Shown: positions 9,347-18,188 of the stretch, piece after piece
How positions within the stretch are numbered: position 1 is the first letter of the stretch
Layout of the letters: each line of letters starts with the position of its first letter
Source of the DNA: Bacteroidales bacterium
Lineage (GTDB): Bacteria > Bacteroidota > Bacteroidia > Bacteroidales > FEN-979
Length of the DNA: 64,000 nt
Reading direction: 5' to 3'
NCBI GenBank assembly: GCA_035403225.1
Contig: DAONET010000012.1
Location: 216 to 64,215 of the forward strand
Notes under the pieces: model-generated
What the model was told of the DNA's origin: nothing
What the model saw: only the letters and a program-made list of their open reading frames with translations
The model's database searches: none
Position numbers and translations under genes: made by a program

Positions 9347-11227
9347 TTACTTGATCACAGAAATTTTCTGTGTATACTTCTTACCGTTAGCGTTGACTTC
9401 CACCACATAGAGTCCGTCATTCATGTTTTCAGCATTGAACATGATTTTGTTTTCACCAGCCGGGTATTGTTCAGCCGGCGGGTTAAAGACAACTCTTCCG
9501 AGCAAATCGGTAACCCGGATGCTGACTGTTTGCGGTTGATTGATTTTGAAGTTGATGGTTGTGTTTGAAGAAACCGGGTTCGGATAAATTTTCAGTCCTA
9601 TTTCATGGTTATTCTGAGGAATACCTACCCACGATATGTCGTCGTTTGCATTGAGGATTTCTCCGGTAGTATAATCGATCAGGAGCGCTACAAAATGTAG
9701 TTTGTCAAAATTCCAGGTCGTCGGGATCGTGTAGGTATATGAATAAACAGGGAATGATCCTGCGGTGACAGGGGCAGGGATACTTCCTTCGGTTCCGTAA
9801 GGCGTGTCAAGAATCTCACGGGCCACATGATCGTAATGCATGTCAGCGGCAGGAACGGGATCGGCAAGGGTTTCAAAGCCGCACATTTCGCCATTGCCGC
9901 CGCCGGAATAATAGTTTGCCTGATCCCAGTCACCACCTGTTCCATATAAGCTGTCTTCAATGATAACAGCTCCGAACCTGAGTTCATCGGATATGTCGAG
10001 CAATATTTCCGAGATAATATCAAAGGTCACGATCCGGGTGGCCGTATCCCAGGAGAAATTAACGATCTGAACAGAACCCGGGGAGATGGCTTTAATGCGC
10101 TGTTGGTAACCAAGTTCAAAATCCGACGGATCCCAGTAATTGGCTCCGGCACGATCAATAGTTCCACTGGGGTATCCCGGGAAATTCGGGATGATATTGG
10201 GCATCTCTTCGTCATAAGCATCATTTACCATGGGATCGCCATTATGAACGGCTGCTCCGATCCAGGTTTCAGGATATGTTTCGGCCATGTACTCCATAAA
10301 GCAGATCCCTCTGACGCACCATCCGCACCAGGTTCCGGTTGCTTCTTCGCAGAATACTTTCTTATTGGGAATCCAGGGTACAACTCCTGTTGTCAAACTT
10401 TTGTAATTGTTGGTAGTATCCTGATCAACCCCGCCATTGATGTTATTCACCACAACATCAACCTGGAAATTACCAGGGGTGTTGAAAACGATCGGTTTGT
10501 TGTGAAGGAAATTATAGGCATCGCCGATAGCCAGGTTGATCCCTGTCACGGAAGAGACCTCAGGAGTTCCGCCATTGATCGAATACAACACATCGAACGA
10601 TTTAATGGTATCAGTTCCCATGTTCTGAATGGATCCCGTCAGGCTGTTTACGCTGTCTATGGCCGCAAACCTGGGTAAAGAAGCAGAAGTCAGTACAGCA
10701 TTGGTAGCTAAAGGATTAAACAATTGAATGTTATCAAAATATAAATAGTTTATGTTATAAAAGTCCCCCGTGACATAGAGGCAGAATTGGAAGTCCGCTC
10801 CCAAGTCGGAGTTGTTAATGTCCACAACCAATGCCTTGGGTCCCACATCGCCTGTCGGGGTGATTTCCCACACCGTTGTCCAGGGCCCGGAGCCGGAACG
10901 GGTAGCGATACCGAAAGAAGGAGCGGGATCGTCATAAAAATAGTAGTAAAAATTCAGCATCATGGTAACCGAAGTCAACCCGGAAAGATCCACAACGGGT
11001 GATATGAACCTGCTGATGGTATTGTCACTCGACCAGCTGAAAACTGCTTCAGGTGCGATACCTCCGGCGCTGCTTGACTCCTCAACAGTCCAGTTATCAG
11101 CCAGGGTATCGATCGTCCAACCCTCGGGGGGCATCACCCCTGCATTGAAATCTTCTAAGAAATAAGTCTGTCCGAAAGCAATACAAGTCAGACTGAATGC
11201 CATTAAAAACGTAAAAATTTTTTTCAT
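9347..11227 (-). CDS. T9SS-secreted protein with a CxxC thioredoxin-like (Omp28-related-like) middle domain
   Basis: The start is refined to MKKIFTFLMAFSLTCIAFGQ (signal peptide). N-terminus is FLEDFN...PPEGWT (choice-of-anchor-J-like). The middle carries EEATGTWCGWCVRG. The C-terminus, KIYPNPVSS...GLYVVEV...ISVIK, is a T9SS sorting domain. Confidence 0.8.
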   Translation of the reverse strand: MKKIFTFLMAFSLTCIAFGQTYFLEDFNAGVMPPEGWTIDTLADNWTVEESSSAGGIAPEAVFSWSSDNTISRFISPVVDLSGLTSVTMMLNFYYYFYDDPAPSFGIATRSGSGPWTTVWEITPTGDVGPKALVVDINNSDLGADFQFCLYVTGDFYNINYLYFDNIQLFNPLATNAVLTSASLPRFAAIDSVNSLTGSIQNMGTDTIKSFDVLYSINGGTPEVSSVTGINLAIGDAYNFLHNKPIVFNTPGNFQVDVVVNNINGGVDQDTTNNYKSLTTGVVPWIPNKKVFCEEATGTWCGWCVRGICFMEYMAETYPETWIGAAVHNGDPMVNDAYDEEMPNIIPNFPGYPSGTIDRAGANYWDPSDFELGYQQRIKAISPGSVQIVNFSWDTATRIVTFDIISEILLDISDELRFGAVIIEDSLYGTGGDWDQANYYSGGGNGEMCGFETLADPVPAADMHYDHVAREILDTPYGTEGSIPAPVTAGSFPVYSYTYTIPTTWNFDKLHFVALLIDYTTGEILNANDDISWVGIPQNNHEIGLKIYPNPVSSNTTINFKINQPQTVSIRVTDLLGRVVFNPPAEQYPAGENKIMFNAENMNDGLYVVEVNANGKKYTQKISVIK

Positions 11228-11415
11228 AGCTCTTTCTTTAAATGACACATTAGGTTTGTAATCGGATTTTTTCATAAATATACAATATTTTTCAGGTTGA
11301 TCGGTACGCATAGATGTATTCCATTGATTTTTTCAACGTAGAAAGAGGAGATCATGAGGGTCTCAGGGGATCATTATTTCCCGGCGAATGCCGGAAAGAG
11401 AATCAGAAAGTAAAA

Positions 11416-12234
11416 TCAGCCTTCGGTCAATAAATACCGGATAACAATGGAAGTCCCGGTAGCTTGGTTGTTCTCGTCCAATAAATCTTCAATCGAGACA
11501 GAGAAGGCATCCGTATTATTCAGTTTATTAAGAAGTTTTATCCTGTCTGACAACAGCTTATAGGCATTGAGTCCTGGTTCGGGAGGCGGCGGGGTAGAAA
11601 AAATAAGAGTTTTCCAGCCCGGTCCGTTATCTGTGATGGTGACGGTAAGAACATGATCCTGATTTGAATCAATGTTGATGTTCATCACTCCTCCCTGGTC
11701 TCTGTGCCGGATTCCCTGCCGAAGCGACATATCGATATAGGGCTGAAGGATCATGGGGGGGATAAAGGTTGATTGGAGATCAACTCGGGGGTCAATCTCC
11801 AGGTTATAATCCAGTGCTCCATCAAACCGCATCCGTTCAATCTCCAGAAAATTCATGATGATCTCCACCTCTTCGGCAATAGGTACCAGCTCTCTGTCGG
11901 CGTTTTCGAGTGTTTTCCGGATCAGTTTCGATAACAGGGAGAGATAATGAAGAGAGGTATCCACATCTTCGTTCAGAATAAACCCTTGTATGGAATTGAT
12001 GACATTAAAGATGAAATGGGGGCGCATCTGCGCTTGCAGCTCAAAGATCTGCAACCGAAGAGACTCCTCCATAAGGACTTGTTTAAGGTGAATCTCGCTC
12101 CGTAGCTGACGGCGACGATTCCTATAAATAACATAGATAAAGTACGAAAAAAAAAGAACAACACCGCTTGAAATCAACCAGCCATGGAGGGGAAGGTGGA
12201 AGGAGGGCGAGCCGGTGATTTGAGGGAAGGACAA
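11416..12234 (-). CDS. LytS/YehU-type sensor histidine kinase (single TM, no obvious sensor domain)
   Basis: His_kinase motif MRPHFIFNVINSI plus an HATPase-like C-terminus. Only a TTG start is available, 20 nt after the response-regulator stop. Confidence 0.8.
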   Translation of the reverse strand: MSFPQITGSPSFHLPLHGWLISSGVVLFFSYFIYVIYRNRRRQLRSEIHLKQVLMEESLRLQIFELQAQMRPHFIFNVINSIQGFILNEDVDTSLHYLSLLSKLIRKTLENADRELVPIAEEVEIIMNFLEIERMRFDGALDYNLEIDPRVDLQSTFIPPMILQPYIDMSLRQGIRHRDQGGVMNINIDSNQDHVLTVTITDNGPGWKTLIFSTPPPPEPGLNAYKLLSDRIKLLNKLNNTDAFSVSIEDLLDENNQATGTSIVIRYLLTEG

Positions 12235-12254
12235 GACGGTGTTGTTCGGGGGTT

Positions 12255-13016
12255 TTAAATGGATTTTCCGGTCAGCATTTTTATAAACTCTTCCTGACGA
12301 CGGGTTGCGACCTCCAGCGTAACTCCGTTCTCAAGTTGAACCTGATGTTGCCCGCTATTACGAATATATTCCTTGACATGTGAAAGGTTTATAATAAAAG
12401 ATTTGTGTATTCTGAAGAAATGAGTTTCCGGAAGAACATCCTCCATCACCTTCAGGGTGCGGGAAACGAGGATGGTTTCCCGGTCAAGTGTATGTATCAG
12501 GGTATAATTTTCACTGGCCTGGCAGAAAAGGATATTGTCTATCTGCACAAGACGGAACCCTGTTAAAGTCGGGAGCGCTACTCTCATGGAAGAGTCTCCT
12601 CCCGAATCAAGGTTCTCCAGCAGGTTCTTCACCCGTTCGGTCTGTTGAGCCGTGCTTTGTTTTCTCTCGAACCGGTTAATAACCCTGGCAAGATCATCCA
12701 CATCCAGCGGTTTCAGGAGGTAGTCAAAAGCGGAAAAGCGGATGGCATCAATGGCATAATTTTTATAAGCTGTCAGAAAGACCACGCCAAATTTGACTTC
12801 CGTAAAATAATTGAACAGCTTAAAACCATTCTCTCCCGGCATCTCAATATCAAGAAAAACCAAGTTGGGCGAGCACTCTTCAATAGCGAGATAGCCTTCT
12901 CTCACATTTGAAGCTAACGCGACCACCTTGAGTTTGTCAGAAAAGTAGCGCTCGGCTATTTTCTGAAAGGTTTCCAGCGCCCTTTTTTCATCATCGATAA
13001 CAATGCAGGAGATCAT
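12255..13016 (-). CDS. LytTR-family response regulator
   Basis: Receiver domain (IVIDDE...LDIEMPG) followed by a C-terminal LytTR domain (FFRIHKSFIINLSHV). Confidence 0.9.
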   Translation of the reverse strand: MISCIVIDDEKRALETFQKIAERYFSDKLKVVALASNVREGYLAIEECSPNLVFLDIEMPGENGFKLFNYFTEVKFGVVFLTAYKNYAIDAIRFSAFDYLLKPLDVDDLARVINRFERKQSTAQQTERVKNLLENLDSGGDSSMRVALPTLTGFRLVQIDNILFCQASENYTLIHTLDRETILVSRTLKVMEDVLPETHFFRIHKSFIINLSHVKEYIRNSGQHQVQLENGVTLEVATRRQEEFIKMLTGKSI

Positions 13017-13033
13017 GATTTTTTTTCGTTCAG

Positions 13034-13041
13034 CAAATATA
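13034..13041 (-). promoter_or_regulatory. -7 promoter box (TATATTTG) of the LytTR operon
   Basis: CAAATATA on the plus strand, 18 nt upstream of the response-regulator ATG. Confidence 0.45.
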
Positions 13042-13083
13042 TTGTTTCCTCAAAATTTCCGGCAACGATTTATTTAACGTGGC

Positions 13084-13120
13084 AAAAACTAAATAAACGC
13101 TGGGAAAAACTAAATAAACG
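13084..13120. promoter_or_regulatory. two perfect 16-bp direct repeats with 21-bp phasing (candidate LytTR binding sites)
   Basis: AAAAACTAAATAAACG occurs at 13084-13099 and again at 13105-13120. A degenerate inverted copy, CGATTTATTTAACG, is at 13066-13079. Confidence 0.55.
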
Positions 13121-13366
13121 TTTTTTTCAGGTCATGTTTATTCTACCGGGCGACCTTCTCACGGGGTCATTTTCCGGTCAAATTTTATCGATCACGGTAG
13201 CACGTTCGTCGGATTTTCCGGTTCATGAATTTCATTCATCCCGGTTGTGACATGCTTGGTACAATCCGGCCCGGAATTCATATATATTACTTGTTTACAA
13301 CGCATTAGCCAATGTACTTTTGTTGTGTAAAGTTCAAAGATCATTCACAACTTAAAATTAAAAGTC

Positions 13367-13735
13367 ATGAAAGCATTAAATGTGATTCGTTTATCCGGGT
13401 TGATTGTCGTGTTTGTTGTTGCCTCCATATTGACTGGTTTTGCCAAAAAGCCGGTTACCACCAATGCTCCGACCACTACTGTAGCTGTTCAGAATACTAT
13501 TGCTCAAAATCTTAAGTTCCCTGCAGTGGATAATAAGTGTGATTTCACGGGAACGGTAGATGTAATCTTTGTGATTGACGAAGGGAAACTGATCGTCAAG
13601 AAAGCTGAGTCCGTCAACAAGGAACTGGCAAAGTATGTCAAGAGTGAATTGGAAAAAGTCTGCTGCAAGAATATCCGCGGTGTTACCAACCAGCACTTCT
13701 CCATCAAACTCACTTACAAACTTCTTGGAGAATAG
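13367..13735 (+). CDS. small membrane-anchored protein with a TonB-C-like domain (hypothetical)
   Basis: N-terminal TM helix (LSGLIVVFVVASILTGF). The C-terminal pattern GTVDVIFVIDEGKLIV...FSIKLTYKL resembles TonB C-terminal folds. Confidence 0.6.
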   Translation: MKALNVIRLSGLIVVFVVASILTGFAKKPVTTNAPTTTVAVQNTIAQNLKFPAVDNKCDFTGTVDVIFVIDEGKLIVKKAESVNKELAKYVKSELEKVCCKNIRGVTNQHFSIKLTYKLLGE

Positions 13736-13789
13736 GGGTTAGCGATCCCTCCACCAAAGATCCCTTCCGGTGTATTCCGGGAGGGATTT

Positions 13790-16700
13790 TTAGTATTCCT
13801 GCCAGGAAGAGATGGCCATTTCGTCGGGGTTGACTTTACAAACCGCATAGATGAATGCGCTGGCAAGCCGGGCATTGGTGATGAGCGGGATATTGAAATC
13901 CACGGCACTCCGCCTGATGCGGTAATCGTTATCGAGTTCTCCTTTGGTAAGGTCTTTGGGAATATTGATGACCAGGTCGATTTTCTTTTCGCGGAGAAAA
14001 TCGATGACCGTGGGTTTGACCGTTTCATCCGGCCAACGAAGCAATTCCGCTTCGATACCGTGCAACCGGAAGAAATCGCGGGTGCCGCCGGTGGCATAGA
14101 TAGGCAAACCCATTTCGGAAAGCATCCGGGCGCTGGTCAGCAACTCCATCTTCGATCGTGCGGGTCCCCCTGAGAACAGTACTCCTTTCCGGGGAAGAGA
14201 ATACCCGACCGACAACATCGCTTTTAAAATGGCCTCGTAGTAACTGTCACCGATACATCCTACTTCGCCCGTGGAGACCATGTCCACGCCCAGCACCGGG
14301 TCAGCCTTCTGAAGACGCGAGAAGGAGAACTGCGAGGCTTTTACTCCTACATAGTCAATATCGAATAAGGTTTTATCGGGTTTAGTGACCGGCAGATTCA
14401 GCATCACCCGGGTGGCAATCTCAATGAAGTTTGTTTTCAGGACTTTCGAGATGAACGGGAAGCTACGGGAGGCACGCAGGTTACATTCAATCACCATCAC
14501 GTCGTTATCTTTTGCCAGGAACTGAATGTTGAAGGGACCGGATATTTGAAGGTCTTCCGCTATCTGACGCGATATCCTTTTTATCCTTCGTACGGTTTCA
14601 ACATAAATCTTCTGGGGAGGAAATAACATGGTTGCATCCCCGGAATGAACACCGGCAAACTCCACGTGTTCGGAAATGGCATAGCAGATAATCTCTCCCT
14701 GCCGCGCCACGGCATCCATCTCAATCTCCTTGGCATCTTCGATAAACCTGGATACAACGACCGGGTACTCCTTTGATATCCGGGCAGCGAGTCCCAAAAA
14801 ATGATTGAGCTCGTTCCGGTTGGAGACGACGTTCATCGCTGCGCCGCTCAGCACGTATGATGGTCTGACGATCACCGGGAAGCCTACTTCATCAGTGAAA
14901 GCGCCTACCTCGTCCATGCTGGTGAGCTCCTGCCAGCGTGGCTGATCTATCCCCAAGGTATCGAGGAGCGATGAAAACTTATGACGGTTCTCTGCCCGGT
15001 CGATCGAAACCGGCGAAGTCCCCAAAACAGGCACACCCTGCCGGTGTAACCGCATAGCCAGGTTATTCGGTATTTGTCCGCCGGTGGACAGAATCACTCC
15101 TTTCGGATCCTCCAGGTCAAGGATATCCATGACCCGTTCGAAGGTAAGTTCTTCAAAATACAACCGGTCGCACACATCATAATCGGTGCTGACCGTCTCA
15201 GGGTTGTAATTGATCATCACCGACCGGTAGTTTTCTTTCCTGATCGTATTGATCGCATTCACCCCGCACCAGTCGAATTCAACGCTGCTGCCAATCCTGT
15301 ATGCGCCGGAGCCGAGCACCACCACCGATTTGTGATCCTTTTCATAGGAGATGTCGTGTGAGGTTCCGTTATAGGTTACATACAGATAGTTAGTACGTGC
15401 CGGGTATTCTGCGGCCATGGTGTCGATCTGTTTGACAACCGGCAGTATTCCGCGTGATTTCCGGTGATTTCGCACTTCCAGCACATCGTCCTTCATTCGG
15501 GCGCTGTCGTGTCCGAAGATCATCCGGGCGATCTGAAAGTCGGAAAACCCTAGTTTCTTGGCCTTCAGCAGCAATGCATCGGGCAGCTCATCCAGGGTAG
15601 AATAGGACATGATGTCGGTTCTGACATCGAAGATATTTTTCAGCTTTTCCAGGAACCATCTGTCGATGCGTGTCAATTCAAAGATCCGGTCGATCGAATA
15701 GCCTTTAAACAGGGCCATGGCAATGACGAAGATGCGCATGTCGGTTGGCACCGACAATTCTTTTTCGATGATGATGTCTTCGATATCTTTGTTACCGACA
15801 AAACCGTGCATCCCCTGCCCGATCATCCGAAGCCCTTTCTGGATGGCCTCTTCGAAGGTACGTCCGATAGCCATGACTTCACCCACGCTCTTCATGCTGC
15901 TTCCTATTTCACGGGAGACACCATGGAATTTATCAAGGTCCCAGCGCGGGATCTTGCACACGACATAGTCGAGGGCGGGTTCAAAAAAGGCAGAGGTGTC
16001 TTTGGTCACGGAATTGCGGAGTTCCCACAATCCATATCCCAGCGAGAGTTTTGCGGCGACAAAGGCCAGCGGGTATCCGGTTGCTTTGGAAGCCAACGCG
16101 CTGGAACGGGAAAGCCGGGCATTGACCTCGATCACCCGGTAGTCTTCGGAATGGGGATCCAGCGCAAACTGCACGTTGCATTCCCCGATGATCCCCACAT
16201 GGCGTACAATCCGGATGGAGAGTTCGCGAAGCTTGTGGTATTCTCTGTTGGAAAGAGTCTGCGAAGGAGCCACCACAATGCTCTCGCCGGTATGGATTCC
16301 CAGCGGATCAAAGTTCTCCATATTGCAAACCGTGATGCAGTTGTCATAGCGATCACGCACTACTTCGTACTCCACCTCTTTCCACCCTTTCAGGGATTCT
16401 TCTACCAGGACCTGGTCGGAATAGGAGAAAGATTTACCGGTCAGAGCCAGGATCTCGGATTCATTGGAGCAGAACCCGCTTCCCAACCCACCCAGGGCAT
16501 ATGCTGACCTGACGATAACAGGGTATCCCAACTCAGCGGCTGCTTTAGCGGCTTCCAGGGGATTGGTCACTGCCGAGCTTTTGGGAGTTTTCACCCCAAT
16601 CTCATCCAGTTTATGCGTGAACAGCTCCCGGTCTTCCGTGTCAATGATCGCCTGCACCTGTGTTCCAAGGACCTGAACCTTATTTTCCTGAAGAAAACCG

Positions 16701-17002
16701 GAGCGATACAAGGCAATCCCGCAATTGAGGGCTGTTTGCCCGCCGAATGCAAGCAGGATACCGTCTGGTTTTTCCCGGAGGATTACTTTTTCCACAAACC
16801 AAGGCGTAATCGGCAGGAAATAGGTCCTGTCGGCAAGCCCTTCCGAGGTCTGGACGGTAGCGATGTTGGGGTTGATCAGGATGGTTTCCACTCCCTCCTC
16901 ACGCAAAGCCTTAAGTGCTTGCGTTCCGGAATAGTCAAATTCTCCCGCTTCCCCGATCTTGAGGGCGCCTGATCCCAGTATTATGACTTTCGTTACCGGC
17001 AT
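13790..17002 (-). CDS. carB: carbamoyl-phosphate synthase large subunit
   Basis: 1070 aa with duplicated ATP-grasp halves. The N-terminus KVIILGSGALKIGEAGEFDYSGTQA is typical of CarB. Confidence 0.97.
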   Translation of the reverse strand: MPVTKVIILGSGALKIGEAGEFDYSGTQALKALREEGVETILINPNIATVQTSEGLADRTYFLPITPWFVEKVILREKPDGILLAFGGQTALNCGIALYRSGFLQENKVQVLGTQVQAIIDTEDRELFTHKLDEIGVKTPKSSAVTNPLEAAKAAAELGYPVIVRSAYALGGLGSGFCSNESEILALTGKSFSYSDQVLVEESLKGWKEVEYEVVRDRYDNCITVCNMENFDPLGIHTGESIVVAPSQTLSNREYHKLRELSIRIVRHVGIIGECNVQFALDPHSEDYRVIEVNARLSRSSALASKATGYPLAFVAAKLSLGYGLWELRNSVTKDTSAFFEPALDYVVCKIPRWDLDKFHGVSREIGSSMKSVGEVMAIGRTFEEAIQKGLRMIGQGMHGFVGNKDIEDIIIEKELSVPTDMRIFVIAMALFKGYSIDRIFELTRIDRWFLEKLKNIFDVRTDIMSYSTLDELPDALLLKAKKLGFSDFQIARMIFGHDSARMKDDVLEVRNHRKSRGILPVVKQIDTMAAEYPARTNYLYVTYNGTSHDISYEKDHKSVVVLGSGAYRIGSSVEFDWCGVNAINTIRKENYRSVMINYNPETVSTDYDVCDRLYFEELTFERVMDILDLEDPKGVILSTGGQIPNNLAMRLHRQGVPVLGTSPVSIDRAENRHKFSSLLDTLGIDQPRWQELTSMDEVGAFTDEVGFPVIVRPSYVLSGAAMNVVSNRNELNHFLGLAARISKEYPVVVSRFIEDAKEIEMDAVARQGEIICYAISEHVEFAGVHSGDATMLFPPQKIYVETVRRIKRISRQIAEDLQISGPFNIQFLAKDNDVMVIECNLRASRSFPFISKVLKTNFIEIATRVMLNLPVTKPDKTLFDIDYVGVKASQFSFSRLQKADPVLGVDMVSTGEVGCIGDSYYEAILKAMLSVGYSLPRKGVLFSGGPARSKMELLTSARMLSEMGLPIYATGGTRDFFRLHGIEAELLRWPDETVKPTVIDFLREKKIDLVINIPKDLTKGELDNDYRIRRSAVDFNIPLITNARLASAFIYAVCKVNPDEMAISSWQEY

Positions 17003-18078
17003 CGTTCTATCACCTGATTCATGAACTCATCAAATAAAAACTCAGTATCAACGGGGCCTGCAGAAGCTTCCGGATGGAACTGAACAGCCGAAAAGAGCCC
17101 GTTTTTATGCCGGATCCCTTCGCATGTCCCGTCATTCAGGTTAGTGAACCACGGTTCCCATCCTTCCGGAAGTGTTTTGGTATCAATGGCATAGCCATGA
17201 TTCTGCGAAGTAATAAAACAACGGCTCGAGCCTTCCATTTTGACAGGTTGATTATGACTGCGGTGACCGTATTTCAACTTATAGGTATCGGCTCCTGCCG
17301 CCAGGGCCATGATTTGTGAACCGAGGCAGATACCGAAGACCGGGATCGTGCCCCGGAGTATAACTTTCGTATTGGTGATGGTTTCAAGGCAAATTTTAGG
17401 ATCGCCCGGTCCGTTGGAAAGCAGCACGCCATCGTATTGGTCCGCGGACAGCGGATAATTCCAGGGTACTAAGGTGACGGTGGCATCCCGTTTCAGAAGG
17501 CAGCGGATGATATTGTTCTTGGTCCCGCAATCAACCAGCATAATCCGGTATTTACCACTCCCGAACACCCTGGGTTGGCGTGTTGATACTTTATCCACCA
17601 GGTTTTCCGCATTGGGATCACGAAAACCGGGATCACCGTCAACGATGATCTTACCCAACATAGCACCATGCTCTCTGATGGTCCGCGTAAGCTGGCGGGT
17701 ATCCACTCCGAAAATCCCGGGAACGCCCTGTTCCTCCATCCATTGCGAAAGGCTTTTTTCGGCATTCCAATGACTATATCTGAAGGAATAATCAGAGATG
17801 ACAAGTCCGGTGACCTGAAGATGATCTGATTCGAAATTCTCGGCCATGCCGTTTTTCCTTGATACAAAAGGCACACCATAGTTACCGATCAGCGGGTAAG
17901 TGGCCACCAGGATCTGACCCTGGTACGATGGATCTGAAAGACTTTCGGGGTACCCGGTCATGGCAGTACTGAAAACCACCTCTCCGGCTGCCGATTGGGG
18001 AGCACCAAATGAATATCCTTTTAATGACGTGCCATCTTCAAGTATCAGATTGGCAGGTAGTAGTCGCGTTTCATTCAT
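16993..18078 (-). CDS. carA: carbamoyl-phosphate synthase small (glutaminase) subunit
   Basis: Class I glutamine amidotransferase motifs (GICLGSQ, HRSHNQPV, QFHPE). It overlaps carB by 10 nt. Confidence 0.95.
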   Translation of the reverse strand: MNETRLLPANLILEDGTSLKGYSFGAPQSAAGEVVFSTAMTGYPESLSDPSYQGQILVATYPLIGNYGVPFVSRKNGMAENFESDHLQVTGLVISDYSFRYSHWNAEKSLSQWMEEQGVPGIFGVDTRQLTRTIREHGAMLGKIIVDGDPGFRDPNAENLVDKVSTRQPRVFGSGKYRIMLVDCGTKNNIIRCLLKRDATVTLVPWNYPLSADQYDGVLLSNGPGDPKICLETITNTKVILRGTIPVFGICLGSQIMALAAGADTYKLKYGHRSHNQPVKMEGSSRCFITSQNHGYAIDTKTLPEGWEPWFTNLNDGTCEGIRHKNGLFSAVQFHPEASAGPVDTEFLFDEFMNQVIERCR

Positions 18079-18118
18079 TCAACAACAACAGGCCGTTTCT
18101 GTGGTTTTTCGACCGGGG

Positions 18119-18126
18119 CAAAGATA
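18119..18126 (-). promoter_or_regulatory. -7 promoter box (TATCTTTG) for carAB
   Basis: CAAAGATA on the plus strand, 41 nt upstream of the carA ATG. Confidence 0.4.
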
Positions 18127-18160
18127 GGGAGATTTTCTCCTTGCGTATTTAAAAAATCCG

Positions 18161-18168
18161 TAAATTTG
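18161..18168 (+). promoter_or_regulatory. -7 promoter box (TAAATTTG) for the M28 peptidase gene
   Basis: TAnnTTTG match 21 nt upstream of the ATG at 18189. Confidence 0.45.
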
Positions 18169-18188
18169 CTAACAGAATCCATCCCCTT

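Noticed and set aside
11228-11415. The 188-bp gap upstream of the T9SS cargo gene, inspected for riboswitch or small RNA structure.
   Set aside because: I saw no convincing hairpin, conserved riboswitch core or TAnnTTTG box. It is probably just promoter and 5' UTR sequence.
13084-13120. A possible mini-CRISPR or tandem repeat array.
   Set aside because: There are only two copies of a 16-mer with a 5-bp spacer, and no cas genes in the window. The spacing fits a transcription-factor site instead.
13312-13515. A 67-aa Cys-rich ORF overlapping the start of the 13367 gene.
   Set aside because: It is an alternative frame of the better-supported 122-aa ORF, which has a TM anchor and a folded-domain pattern. 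The Cys/His richness is a frame artefact of the Thr/Val/Ala codons there.
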